A DNA stretch of 64,000 bases from Lama guanicoe (lineage: Eukaryota): assembly GCA_013239625.1 (NCBI GenBank), contig MU054391.1:3501130-3565129 (forward strand), in the 5' to 3' direction. Every line of letters starts with the position of its first letter. Within the stretch, counting starts at the first letter, position 1. The notes under the pieces were generated by a model. That model made no database searches. It was not told the origin of the DNA and saw only the letters and a list, made by a program, of their open reading frames with translations. Made by a program: the position numbers and the translations under genes. Of this stretch, positions 1 to 12,735 are shown piece after piece.

Positions 1-439
1 AAATTTAATAGAAATTGTGGTAAATGTATACCAAATTAGTATAATAATAACCTGGTATTTATCACATACTTTACATTAAATTCATTCTTTTATTTGGTAA
101 GCACAGCAGTATATAATACTTGTGTGTTGGTGGTATTATCTACCTCTTTGTAAAAATGAAAACATCATTATATTTGTTTGCCATATTCTTGATGTCACAT
201 AAAGTAGTTAATTGTTACATAAAAATTTCAATGGAGCAGCATCTAGTTCATGTCGCTGAGCTTAATGCCCATTTAGTTCATACCCCAAAAGAGAAAAAAT
301 GATGAAAGTTAAGCAAACAAAAAAATTAATGAAGTTTAATAAAAGAAAAACTATGCCAATTAATATTGAATTTTCAAAAATATATATAGCTTAAAAGATA
401 TTCATTTAAATATAAGCGAAGAGAAATATAAAAACTAAA

Positions 440-715
440 GAAAGGAAAAAAGATAACCAAAAGAAAGGTAGTACATGTCCCCTAATTTAAGACAATGTAG
501 ACTTTATGGCAAGAAATACTACTAAAAAGTAAGGAGAACATTTTCAATTAACAATAGAGTCGAATTAGTAAGAAGACACAATAGTACTAAGCATGTATGC
601 ACTTAATAACCCAGCTTCAAAATACATAAAGCAACTGTTAATAGAATTAAAGAGAAATAGTAACAAACCCATGGTCCTAACTGGAGACTTTAACAAACTT
701 CTCTAGCCATTAAAT
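440..715 (+). mobile_element. Ancient L1 (L1M) ORF2 endonuclease-region remnant
   Basis: Decayed EN-coding sequence gaagacacaatagtactaagcatgtatgcacttaataac...ctggagactttaac, resembling EDITILNIYAPN...GDFN; A-rich on + strand. Confidence 0.8.
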
Positions 716-769
716 AATGAATAACTGCCATATTCAGCAGCATGGATGGCATTAGGAAATAGAATGTTA

Positions 770-1045
770 AGTAAATGTAAGCAGACACAAATATGTACAT
801 ATTACATCATTCTTTCTACATAAAGTTCAAAAATAGGTAAAACTAATCTATGTTGATAAAGATCAAGATTGTGGTTGTCTTTAGGGAGGAGTGAGAAGTG
901 ACTAGGAGGCAGCCCAGATAGGGATCTGGGGTTCTCTTAATTTTCTATTTCTCAATCTGGGTTTTGTTCACATCATGAAAATCCATCAAGCTTCATCTTG
1001 ACGTATGCACAGTACTGTACATTTGTTACAGTTCCATAAATAAGG
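770..1045 (+). mobile_element. L1ME/L1MC-type 3' UTR remnant
   Basis: taaagttcaaaaataggtaaaactaatctatgttgat...gtggttgtc...tatttctcaatctggg...gaaaatccatcaagct is a typical old L1M 3' end. Confidence 0.75.
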
Positions 1046-1344
1046 CAAATTATTCAGCTCTTCTACTCCAAACTCTTCAGTTTCCCCACAAACTTTGAAT
1101 AAATTTGAATATGCAGTAATTGCCTACAGTTTTCCCCTGGAGCCGGTCCCTGGGACACCCCCAGCCCAAAGAGCTTAGCATTTTCTCTCTGACGTGCTAT
1201 TCTGTGGCCAAATGGCCCACATCAGCCCCAAACCCTCCTTGCTTCTCCTTGAAAATGACAAAGAAACTCCCTATCACAATTTTAGATTTTCTGTTCCTTC
1301 TTTCAGGAAGACTCTTCTCCCAAAGATTTAACTACTTCAGATTA

Positions 1345-1605
1345 CTAGTATTACTTTATCAGAAATGCCCTCCATGGTCATCTTACCTAAAATAGGATAA
1401 TTTCAATTTTTCACTTCCGTGTACTTCTTAATTGTTCTTTACAGAACTGATCACTATGTAGACTTGTATTGTGTGTCTATCTGTATATGTCTCCTCCCCT
1501 AGAAGGTAACCTCCACAGGGACAGAGTTGTCATGTCTTTTCATTGTTAATATTCTCAGAAATTAGAATACCAGAGACATTAATGTGGAATAATTAAATGA
1601 AGAAA
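1345..1605 (+). mobile_element. L2 3' end fragment
   Basis: tgtctcctcccctagaaggtaacctccacagggacagagttgtcatgtc matches the L2 3' terminal motif. Confidence 0.7.
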
Positions 1606-2974
1606 CAAAGTGAGTTTAAGTCCCATCTTTTGTAACTAGAAATTAATGATCAACATCTGTTTTAATATTATAAGCATATTTAGATGCAAAGGTAACTACC
1701 AGAACTGAAATGAAATGTGGTGAAATTTTTTGAGGAGGTGCTGGAGTTGGGTGTGGTGGAGTACCCAACTGGTGTTTATCAACATAAGAACTTTTGTACT
1801 ATTTACTATTAAATCAGACACATTTATCATGTTCCTAGCATTAAGACAAGGGAGAAAAAAAGATACAAGATACCAGGTCCTCTGGTTGTAGGTTACATTA
1901 TTTTGCACTAAACTGTACTCTCTTTACCAATCTGCAACCCTTGGCTGAATAATTGTTTCTAGTAAGTGCCTCTGATACTGATGCATTTACAACATTGAGC
2001 CATTGTTAAGAAACTCTAACCTTTGGCACACCGAAGTAATTATTCTAAACATGAGGCAAAGTCTCTTGACTGACTCTGGTGGAACATGAGAATGCCCCTG
2101 GTTGACCGCTTGGTTCTAATGAATAATCCTTACTTTCAAGGCAGGTGGAAGAGGAATGAAAAATGAACCAAGGTTCTCCCAATCTTTAGACACCCATCCG
2201 GATGCTACCTTCAGCTCAAACATCTGGGCATGAATGCAGCATCACCATTAACATACAGGAAAGTAAAACAACAATTATCTAAATCGTTCCACACAAAGAA
2301 GGGAGGACTGTGTAGGGAGATGGGACATTATTTGCTTTTTTCAGCAAAAGAGAATCCAGAATTTTTAAGTGTGCTGACTTCTCATCTTAGCAGATGTTTT
2401 ATTTAAATACAACTCTTAATATCGGTGCCAGTGAAAAATTGGTCTGACAGTATATAAATTTAGTTGAATCTGATATTAAAGGTGTCACATACAAGGACTT
2501 AAAGGAAGCTCTCATTTTCTTTACCTCCCATGTATCGTCAACGGTTTGTTCTATAAGGTGTAACGAGGCTTTGAAAAGCATTAGGTTGGAGTCCACCAGG
2601 AAAGAAAACTAAACCAATGCAGATATTTCAGATGTGTAGTTCCTTAAAGGCACACACCTTGGGATTTTTTCACCCATTTTTCTGTACAACACCAATTTTC
2701 TCCAAGCAAGAACAACCTAATTGTTCCGTCAAGAAAATCAAACCGATTAAAGCCACACGCTACGTCTTGTAAAATGAAAATCACAGAGATGTTGTGTGCT
2801 GAAGTTTTGTCCTGTGATCTAATAAGAAGAGGGAGATGGGTGGGTTTCATGCCCCATCGCACCCTCTGCCTGAAACAGTCCGGCCAGCGTCCCCCACTGC
2901 CCGCGGGCAGAGCGCATTGGCATCTGGGGACCTTGGCACTTGCATGGCCGAGTCCATCTCCTCATCCGGGTGTT

Positions 2975-3222
2975 TTAAGAATTAGGTTTCCCCTTCGTGG
3001 CTTTCCTGAGTGCCCTCCCTAAAACTGCACCCTCACCCCCTCTCCACCCCCTGCCTCATTCCGTTTTCTTCTTAGCACTTAACTCGATTTGTAATTATTT
3101 TTCTCATGTATGCTCAGACTGTGAGCTCCACAAAGGTAGGGGCTATTTCTGTCTTTTTCATCACAGCAGCTCCTAGTGTGTGAATAATAGACAACAAAAT
3201 CTTGCTGGCTGAATAAATGAGG
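2975..3222 (+). mobile_element. L2 3' end fragment
   Basis: cttagcacttaac...agactgtgagctccacaaaggtaggggctatttctgtc...gctgaataaatga. Confidence 0.7.
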
Positions 3223-3309
3223 AGGTGGATTAATAAGGAAGAGATGTATCGAGCAGGTGCATCATTAGCCCTCCACGCCCAATGCCTAACTGCTGAAGGT
3301 GGGATGATA

Positions 3310-3470
3310 TTCTATATTTTCACACAGCATCCTCGTTGGCAAAGTGCCCTCATACTGATGATCTCATTTAATTCTATCGGCGATCCTGGGTGAGAGCAGA
3401 AGAGGAAGTTTCCTAAGCCTTTTATGAACTGCCCTAAATTATCCAGCTGGGACGTGAGAGAGCCCAGAGC
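3310..3470 (-). mobile_element. MIR fragment (degenerate)
   Basis: atctcatttaattctatc...gaactgccctaaattatccagct resembles the antisense MIR core. Confidence 0.5.
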
Positions 3471-5199
3471 CCGTGGCGCCGGGCCCACCACCAGTGTCCA
3501 CGCCACCACAGCTGCTGCTCGAGGGAGATTCTGCTGCTCGTCTTCCCAACATTCTTTGTAAGCTCTGGACGTTTGCTTCATCACAGCAATGTCAATATTT
3601 GCACAAAACAAAACCATCTGATAAATCCTTGAAAGCCTTGGTTTTAGAGGTGTTTTTCTAACCCCCTTTTTTCTCTCACTGTTGCTACATGCAATGCTAT
3701 TTGGCCAAAAAAGAAAAAAAAAAGGAAAAGAAAAAGTTACACAGAATGAGCACTTAGCCTATATCCATCTAGTTAGAGCTAAGCATAGAGAAATCATTTG
3801 CACTTGAGTCCATTAATGGAGAGAGAGAAAAAAAAATTAATGGATGCATTATCAGTTCCGAGCACTCTCGACATTTGTGTATTCATTACTGACCAGATTG
3901 GTGAAACTTGCATAAATCTGCAATATGAATGGAATGAGCTGGTAGTGTCAGTGCCTTCCTGGAGATTTAAAAAAAAAAAGTTTACCTTACTCAGTGTGAC
4001 CTAAATGTTCTGCTTCAGGGAGCATCTTGAACAGCTGAGACTTACGAATGTGATGACAAATGAGAAGGATTCAGGAACCAGATCTGTAATGATTCTCCGA
4101 CGTTGTGTTTGGGTTCCTAGAAAGCCACTACTTAACTAGGAAAGGAAATTGCTTTTTGGGCCAATTAATATAAATTAGGAGATATTATTCACTTATTTGA
4201 AACACACACACACACCCCCCCATATTCGGTTACAATGATCTTTCATCTGACCACAGAAGGACCTTGACGGGTGTCGCCTCCCCACAGTGACAGAGCGTGT
4301 TTTTCTAAATCCCCCTTTCCTTCCCAGAACTGTGAGACTGACAGCAAGTCACTTAACTCCATCCAGCAGCAGCTGTGTGGGGTTTGCATAATTAATTATT
4401 TATACCAAGGCAGACACAGTAATTAACAGCCAGATGACTATGATATTCTGCTCAGAAATACTTTGCATTTCAGCCATCCCTCAAGCAAGAAACTGTCAAA
4501 ACTGGACTGTTTGACGGAGTGGGGCCTGCCAAAAACCTCCCAGACATCTGTTCTGCAACAAAAAGAACAGATTCTCAAAGAAATGTGTACATATAGTCAC
4601 TGGTTTCAGTCGGCAAGGAATAGCTGATTACCTTTTCACAAATTCCGGTCAATTCTGTCTGGTTCCAAGATCATCACTCAGTGTCTCACAGAAGGGCAGA
4701 ATTTTAAGTGAAAAGTCTGTGTTTCTGTGAGTGCCAGCCCTGCAAATGCAGCCAGATAGGAGACTCTTCTCCAGATCTGGGGATGGAAGTGTCATGAAGT
4801 TACTTTCATCTTTCCTCGGCTAGAAAACCAACAGTGCCTGAGAATTATTCTTAACAACCACGTAGTTACTTGACACCAGATTACACTGCCACTTGTACGG
4901 GAAATGGAAACACATCAAATATATATAAAGTTACAGACGTCTCCAGAAATGGTGGGGAAATGTCACCAACAACCAGCTATCTCGTGCCATGCTGTGCATA
5001 TTAATACGGAGCTTCCAACACGGTCCACGTTGCTTCCTGCGCGCAGTTGGATTCAGACGCTTGCTTGGTCATTTTCAATTCAAAGCAGAGCGGCTATTGC
5101 CAAAAAATAGAATTACTGCCCAGGGATGGTGATTGTGACTAATATGAGTACATGGATTAAATCATGTATAATCCAATCAATTACCTTTAAGTCAACCGA

Positions 5200-5385
5200 G
5201 AAATATGGATTAGGAAGCAAAAGACCTCGGCGCTAGTTTTGGTTCCATCTCCTATGGACCGTTTTGACTCTGGGGCAGTTCTCTCGACCGTTCTGGACAT
5301 CTATTTCCTCACCTGTAGAATGGGAACAATTAGGTTTATCTTGTTCATGGATAATGTTTATGTAAGCCTTTTGGAAACTCCACAG
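5200..5385 (+). mobile_element. MIR SINE
   Basis: tgactctggggcagtt...ctatttcctcacctgtagaatgggaacaat MIR core. Confidence 0.7.
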
Positions 5386-5498
5386 ATATAGATTATAACA
5401 TCAAATTATGACAATAATTCTAGATTGCCATGAAGGCATATTTTGTTTTGAGGGACACTAACACATATTTTACTTTTTGGTATCAACCAACTCATTTT

Positions 5499-5680
5499 TA
5501 GGGTCGCTAGATTTAGCAAGTAAGCATACAGGATGCCCAGTTAAATTTGAATTTTGGATAAACAACAAATACAGAGTTTTTCAGCATAAGTATGTCCCGT
5601 GTCCTATTTGGAAAATATTTATATGTAAACTTATTTCTTGTTTATCTGAAATTCAAATTTAACTGGCCATCTGTATTTAA
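5499..5680. mobile_element. MER53 palindromic MITE (hAT-type DNA transposon)
   Basis: Starts tagggtcgctagatttagcaa; arms 5537-5571 and 5632-5666 are reverse complements at 32/35; matches the recalled MER53 consensus. Confidence 0.9.
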
Positions 5681-5707
5681 TCCATAATCATCCTGTATTC
5701 AATACTG

Positions 5708-5858
5708 TTTTGTTTTTTGTTTTTGGTTTTTGGTTTTTTAAGTGGGGAGACAATTAGGTTTATTTATTTACTTATTTTAGAGGAGGTCCTGGGGATTGAA
5801 CACAGGACCACGTGCATGCTAAGCATGCGCTCTACCACTTGAGCTATACCCTCCCCCC
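5708..5858 (-). mobile_element. tRNA-Ala(AGC)-derived camelid SINE (vic-1 type)
   Basis: Minus strand reads GGGGAGGGTATAGCTCAAGTGGTAGAGCGCATGCTTAGCATGCAC...GTTCAATCCCCAGGACCTCC, then an AT-rich body (AAATAAATAAACCTAATT) and an A-rich tail; A and B boxes visible. Confidence 0.9.
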
Positions 5859-7699
5859 TCAACCCTGCTTTTTGGTGTGAATGAAATGTCACCGGACAAG
5901 GCATGGGAGACACACCCTCTCCCCTCCCTCACCAAAACGGAAAGCGTGTCATGTCCTTGCACAACCACGTAATTAGAAATACTAAGCCTTTGCTTTCACT
6001 TGTTTTCCATAGCACACCTCCAACTGCCTGTGTCGTTTTAACTAGTTTACAAGTGCTGGAAATTACAGTGGTATTAAAGAGGATGTCTTATAGTTTATCA
6101 ACAACAGACACATCTATTCTTTTAATGAACCTACTCATGAAGCAGTACTAGTCAGTGTGAATGCTCGAAGGAGACACTCCTCTGTGGGTCTCTTATATGT
6201 GATGCCTCAGAGGACTTGTAACCTTGGAGGTGGTAAAGACCATCCTTGCCAGCTTCTCCTCTTATTTAAAAGTCAATGAAAAAAAAAGCAAATAAGAACG
6301 CAGAAGGTGAGGCAAGAATTTCAAATTTGCTAGGACTCTATTACCAGCTAAAATAGATTTTTAAAAAAACACACTACCATGATGCATCTTTCTTTAAATA
6401 AGAAAAGGAGGGACACGACATTTATTTACAAGAACAGGCATGAGGAGATTTATAAACATGTGTCTGGAAGACAGAAACAACAAAAGAATCCTTCCCCTGT
6501 ATGGAAAATGGACGTACTTCGCAAGTCTGATCAATGCTGTTACCAGATCAAAATGAAAAAAAAAAAGAGAGAGAGAGATGAAACACACATTGTGGGAAGA
6601 AAGGAGACTCCCAAAGAGGCTTGAGGGAGGATTGTCCCACTTTGCAAGAAGATGGCTCAGTTCATCCAGAGACCTTGTGAGAAGAAAGATCTGATGCCCT
6701 AGTCCAGAGAACAAAACAGCACAAACTCGAGCGTGAGGAACAGGCACAAGTGCACTTGGGATGGGGACTGGAGCAGCTAATAGAATGCTTTCTAAGGAGG
6801 ACTTCACGTAGAACTTATCATCATCAGCCTGGAACAACACTGTGGACAAGCTTTAGGTTCTTAAGTAGCAATGTCCATCTGTGATGATCTTGGTAACATG
6901 TGGTTGTAGAAACAAGTTAAGAAGTTAAACACTCTTGACACTAATCCCCGCTCATATAAACTCGCTCTACAAACTCTCCCATTGTTGTGTATCCCCATTT
7001 TCTTCTGCAAAATGAAGCCACGTGTGGACACCTTCCTGGTGCCTTGCCCCTGCGTGGCCCCAAACTCCTCATCAGGCTACGTAACTCCCGCTAGTAATCA
7101 TCATCCTGTTCCAGTGTCCAGACACCATTCTTGAGCCCAGAGAAACAAGGGCAGTAAGGATGCCTGATAGAGAGCATTGGGCCCTACCCAAAATGAAGAA
7201 GACAATTTCTAATCATTAAGGGGCATAAAGAAAGTGGGCTCCCTAGGGGGCTGCTCAGTAGGGTCCTCACGCAAGCTTTAGCGGACCGTCTGCTGGCAGT
7301 ACTACGGAGTTTGAGGGTAGCCGAACCCAACTAACCTTAGGTCTCCTCTAGACCCGAGTGTCCGAGACCCCAGCAACCCTCTTTGGTCGTTGCTCTGACT
7401 GGCCCAACATGTTTTGTTTTGATTTGATTTTTTAACGCTTCCTATAACCAAGACCTTGTCCTAAACCTTAACCCTAACCCCAAGCTCCAGTTTACCAATA
7501 ATTGCTTTATAGCTTCAGGCCCCTTGTAATTCAGTTTCAGTTGTGGGACTCTTTGCTGCCATGAGCTGACCTGTCACAGGGAGGTTTCATGGACTTCCAG
7601 CATGGAAGGTTCACGGCTTGGTCCCAGCACCTGCTAGTGAAGATGTGTTCGTGCCCTGCACATCCCAACGTGGGGAAGGCGGGGCATGGTGGGGAGACG

Positions 7700-7880
7700 T
7701 TGCAATCAGCTGAGAGCTGGTTTTTCACTTCTGCTCCATCAATTACCAGCTGTGTGGCCTAAAGGTTCTTCCTTATCTCTGACATGAGTCAGTGCCTGAA
7801 ATGTAGAAATGCATAATCACACTCTACCCAGAGGGTTCCTGTGAGAATCAAAAAAGCCAAGCCTAACACGTTGTGGGCAC
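7700..7880 (+). mobile_element. MIR SINE
   Basis: tctgctccatcaattaccagctgtgtggcct...ctacccagagggttcctgtgagaatcaaa. Confidence 0.65.
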
Positions 7881-8375
7881 CGGTCTGATATTACCTCCAC
7901 CCCCTTTTTGTCCATCCTTACTTCCTAGTCCCTTCCCTAAAACGCTGGCCCTGCACTGTGACTCATTGTCTGCCCTTGATGCAGCCTACAAACTCAGATG
8001 AATTCATTGCCCATCTTTCCATGTTTGGTTTATGTCAAGATCACTAAAATCTAGGCAAGAAAATCAATGAGTACATGAACCTCAGTCCTATGACCTTTCC
8101 ACACCTCTGATCCTGTGTGTTGTCTTTTCATGTGAAAACTGCTCTTTTGGCAGTAAGCTTCCAGAGCTTTGGTCCCAGGTGCAAATATATCCTTAAACTC
8201 TCCGGTGCCACTGCCTCTTCTAAAACTGAGCCCTGCAGTAGCAGCTGCATCTGAGAGCAAACAAAATCTGTCCTTCTGCTGAATTGGCAGTTTTCACCCC
8301 TGCTCAGTGTTTTGCTTTAGCGTTTCCCCTTAGTGAGTCCACTTTGTTGTTGAAATCATAAACAAGGCACCTCTC

Positions 8376-8523
8376 TTTTGTTTTGTGTGGGATTTTTTTG
8401 GAGGGAAGAGGTAATTAGGTTTATTTATTCATTTATCTATTTAATGGAGGTACAGGGGATTGGGCCCACGACTTCATGCATGCTGAGCACGCACTCTACC
8501 ACTGAGCTATGCTCTTTGCCCCC
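8376..8523 (-). mobile_element. tRNA-Ala-derived camelid SINE (vic-1 type), more diverged copy
   Basis: Homologous to 5708-5858 (gtaattaggtttatttatt...ggaggtacaggggattg...ctctaccactgagctat); B box degenerate. Confidence 0.88.
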
Positions 8524-9544
8524 TCAGCATTACTCTTTCGTAATCAAAGGTTTTAATAGTCAAAACCTCTCTTTTGTAGTAACCTTATTTTTCTCGAGTG
8601 AAGAAATCCCATTTGACCATTTGCAATCGGATATAAAACAATAGCTATCAACCATTAATGTTTATTATTAGTCTTTAGGTGTTTTTCTTTGCTGTTGTAA
8701 CATTCTCATAAGCTGTTTTGAGAAACCCTTCAAGAATAGCTAGTGATAGGGTATGCTGGGTGTATAGAAACTAAAGAGATAATTGAGTGGGAATGAAAGA
8801 GTTGAGTTCCTGAGTCGCTCATCTGCTGTGTTCACAGAGCATCGCTTTCCATATTAATTTAGGGATGTAATCTCCTAAGCACACTTCTGAGACTAAAACC
8901 TGTGATTTGGGAAACATGTGACTAATCCTCTCACATGCAAATAAACACATGTGCAGCGATCGGAAATGGTGTCTGGCAGCATCGGGAGCCGGTCTGCGGA
9001 GAGCCTTGAAGCAGGAAGCGATCCTGTGCCTTTCCTGTGGGAAACCATCTCTGTTTGCTGAGCCTTAGATTTGTTTAGTGCAGAACCATGGGTCAAAAAT
9101 TCAGCTATGACCTTTCCTAAAGGAACACCTTTGGCCTCCTTAGTGAAAAGTCCACATGAAGTTTTGCAATTTCCACCCCTGTGACTGAAGAGAGAGCAGA
9201 TGATTCCTAGACATTGCAATTTGCTAGTTGGTTTGGATGATTATACAACTAAACATACATTCAGAAGCTGACAAAATCTTCATTGATATTTCAGCTGAAT
9301 ACACCATGTGGGTCAGCAGTTCACAAACCTACTATAAGTTAAATATCTGTGCATTTTAATTCTTTTCTCACATTTAGAATCTTGAGGGCCAGCTTTCTTA
9401 TTTTCTAATTCTACTTGTCCATGCTGCTTGGGGGCAAAGAACATACAGATATTTATCAACTTGCAGGTTTATGAACTACAGACCTCACTCAATGTACCTG
9501 GATGAAATATTAATTTTTAAAGTGAATCAACTATCCTTAATATA

Positions 9545-9830
9545 TTTTTTATTTTTATTTTAATTTTCAGTTGTTGATTTACAATGTTGTATTTTTCCTG
9601 GTGTACAGCATAGTGATTCACTTATACATATATACAGATACATGTGTATATATACATATATGTGTAGTAGTTCTGTATATACATATTATTTTTCCTATTC
9701 TTATTCATTACAGGTTACTACAGGCCATTGAATATAGTTCCCTGGGCTATGCAGTAGGACCTTGTCGTTTATCTATTCTGTACATAGTAGTGTGTATCCA
9801 TCAATCCCAAACTCCCAATTTACCCATCTC
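9545..9830 (-). mobile_element. 5'-truncated cetartiodactyl-type L1 3' end
   Basis: gttgatttacaatgttgt...gtgtacagcatagtgattca...attgaatatagttccctgggctatgcagtaggaccttgtcgtttatctatt; T-rich tail on the left. Confidence 0.88.
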
Positions 9831-10394
9831 ATCCCTAATATATTTTAAAAATTGTACTGAATTATAAATTTATTTTAAATTTTACCTTCACACTGAGATC
9901 ATCAAAATCAGACAAAATTTTTGTGAAATTAACAAAGACACATGTAAAAAATTCAAAGGAGCTAAATGACAACAGACTTCTGGCCTACCAGAACACACTG
10001 AATGTAGCGTGGATTCAGCGCCTGCACTGCTCCTGCACTTGCTCTTAGCGCCACACTGTACGCATGGCACAGTGCTGGGCACCGGGCGTGTATAATGCTG
10101 CATCATTGTGGTCCCTGTTTTCTGGACTAATATTTTTCCAGGTGATATCTTTGGTCCCAGGAGAACAAGGATGTACTCTTGGTGCTCCAATAAATATGTT
10201 TAAGAAAATACACTTTTTAATTACATGTTTTTATTTTAATATTCATCTAAGAATGATAAAAAGCGTCTTTTGGATCATCTCAAAGACCATATTATAACTA
10301 AGTGCCATCGCGTGCTTTCAGTGGCTCTGTTCACTTTGTAGTTGTCATCGCACTGGGGCCACATACAATAGCACTGATTAATGGTAAGTTTCCT

Positions 10395-10560
10395 TGCATT
10401 TATGTCACACTTACTGGGAGTCAAGTACTGCTTTGAGGACTTCCACTCATTTAATCTTCACAATAATCCCAGAAAATTTAAACTACTATCATCAGATGAT
10501 AAATTAGAAGCTAAGGCCAAGAGCTGGAACTTGGCAAACTTTAGTCTGTCTGTGGCGTTC
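10395..10560 (-). mobile_element. MIR fragment
   Basis: actcatttaatcttcacaataatccc...cagatgataaattagaagct. Confidence 0.6.
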
Positions 10561-10819
10561 ACTCTCTGCTTCCTCTTGAGTAAAGAGCTGAGGCTCATCT
10601 GAAAGGGGAAACACGTGGGAGAAGAAGACGTCCTTACCGTATACGGGGTACACTGGTATAGGCTGCGTCTGTTGCTATGTGGGCATCAAAGGTGGCTTAT
10701 CGTGAATAAAACTCACATTAACTGGTTAAAAACAACTTTGTTCCAATAATTGCAGAACAATAATTTGATACAATTAAACCCCATTTTTTGTTTGTTTTAA
10801 ATCTTAACAAATAAAGAAT

Positions 10820-11175
10820 AAAGACAATGCCCTTAACCTGGCAAAACGAATCTACCAAAACTCTACCAAAAATACCATCATTCACACCAAAATATTTGGC
10901 AGGTTTACTTTAAAAGCAGGAATAAGGCAAGAATTACCATGTTGCTATTCGGTACTACACTGGTGGTTCTCACCAGTGCAATAGGACAAGAAAAAAGTCA
11001 AAGTCAAAGTAGTAGGAAGAGAATATGGTTGCTAAAGAAAAAGCCAAAAAGATATCATACACAAATTGTTAACTTACACTAAACATAGTGAGTTGGAAGG
11101 TATGAAGTTGATATATCAGCATTCTACCAGGGAAAATAAACTGCTGTACATATTTCAAACAGAAAATAGTTTAAT
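10820..11175 (+). mobile_element. Ancient L1 ORF2 RT-region remnant
   Basis: ttaaaagcaggaataaggcaagaa...gctattcggtactacactggtggttctcaccagtgcaataggacaagaaaaa, resembling LKSGTRQG...LLFNIVLEVLARAIRQEK. Confidence 0.75.
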
Positions 11176-11190
11176 TCAAAGAACTGAGGC

Positions 11191-11638
11191 CGTATCTGTC
11201 TCCTGGGGCTGTTGTAACAGTTTACCACAAACAAGGTGGCCTAAAACAATTGAAATGCATTCTCTTGCAGTTCTGGGGGCTGTAATTCCAAAATCAAATC
11301 ATCAGCTGGGCCGTGTTCTCTCTGAAGGCCCTGTGAAGAGTCTTCCCTTGTGTCTCCTAGCTTCTGGTGGTTGTGGCAATCCGTGGCATTCCTGGGCTTA
11401 GATGCACCGCTACAATCTCCGCCTCTGTCTTCACATGGACTTCTTCCCTGTGCGCCTTTGTCTGACTCTGTGTTTCTTCTCCTCTTGTAAGGATTCCAGT
11501 CATGTTGGTTTTAGGCCCACCCCATTCCCAGTATAACCTCATCTTATTTAATTACACCTACAAGGACCCTATTTCCAAATAAAGTCTCATTCTCAGATAC
11601 TAGGGGTTAGGACTTCAACATGTTTTTGCAGAACAACA
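11191..11638 (-). mobile_element. MLT1 (MLT1B/C-like) MaLR solo LTR
   Basis: ggctgttgtaacagtttaccacaaac...gaccctatttccaaataaagtctcattctcagatactaggggttaggacttcaaca; near-identical 5-bp flanks GAGGC/GAAGC consistent with a target-site duplication (TSD). Confidence 0.9.
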
Positions 11639-12019
11639 GAAGCTTATGAAGGCACTGAAAGGCCTGGGGAACAAAGATCAAGGGAGCCATTTCTAGTTTA
11701 CGGAACCCAGAAATCAGCGCTGATGGTCTCGGCCTCCGGAAGCACCAGAGCACTGAGTTTCAGAGGCTCGCAGCAGCTGGCAAAGTGTGCATGTCTGCCT
11801 GTGGCTTCCAAGCGAGCAAGTGATGCACTCACTTCTCTTACACTTAGATGGCTCACTCCTATGCACAGAATCTTATCCAGTAACCTTCTGGCAACGCTTT
11901 TTGGGAAATACGACTTCTGGGTTTCCAGTTTCATTATGTAATAACTTAGAATGTTGACGCTGATGATGCGTTTCAGTGGGTAATATTAAGTATAATTTAC
12001 AAAATTAATTGAGTTTCCA

Positions 12020-12735
12020 TTTACCAGGAACCAACAGAAAAATCAATTTAAACTTTAAAAATAACATTTATGATAACAATATATATAAAACCTAAAAAAT
12101 AATTTTTTGAAAAATCTATGTAATATATTTATGGAGAAAGTATAAAATTTATGTGAAATGGAATAATTTATTAAATGTAAAGAAGATTAGTTCCAGTGCT
12201 TAGAAAATGTGTTGATTCTTATTAATGTTAATAGAATCAATGTTTCTAATAGAAACAAAAACCAAACACAAACTAATAACTAGAGAACTGATAAAGAAAT
12301 GATAGTATTTTTGCACAAATTGAGCATTATACAATGGCAGAAATATTGGAACACAGCCACATGTAACAAAAACATTCAGTCTCAGAAACCGAATACTGAG
12401 TTAAAAATGTAAGCTGTGGAAGGATGCACATAATATAATGCCATTTTTATAACATTCAAAAACAAGGAGAAGGGAGTCACATGCTGTCTAATAAAATATG
12501 AATATGTCACAAAACTATTCTTAATTGACAAAGAAATGATTAACACCCAGTTGTGTTCATTATTTCCAGGGAAATTAGAGGGATGGGGTCTGCTGGCCTC
12601 TCAGTGCCCTTGGCTTTCTTCTGGTTAGACTGGTTGGTACGTTCAGGAGTGTTTAATTTATTAATGTGCTTTATACATTATACATGCTAAATGTATTCAT
12701 TTTAGGCCATTGACTATTAAATAGTATATATATAT
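12020..12735 (+). mobile_element. L1ME-type ORF2 and 3' end remnant
   Basis: A-rich ORF2-like stretch followed by aatactgagttaaaaatgtaagctgtggaaggatgcacataatataatgccatttttataac. Confidence 0.65.

Noticed and set aside
5780..5855. Functional tRNA-Ala(AGC) gene (also 8445-8520)
   Set aside because: The T-stem is mispaired, the 5' end is altered, and both copies share a non-tRNA body and A-rich tail typical of a SINE.
7460..7482. Telomere-like CCTAAACCTTAACCCTAACCC
   Set aside because: Only about three degenerate units; too short to call an interstitial telomeric repeat.
8051..8260. Minus-strand exon-like ORF (LSDAAATAGLSFRRG...)
   Set aside because: The acceptor is plausible but the donor is weak, the peptide is unrecognised, and no partner coding exons were found.
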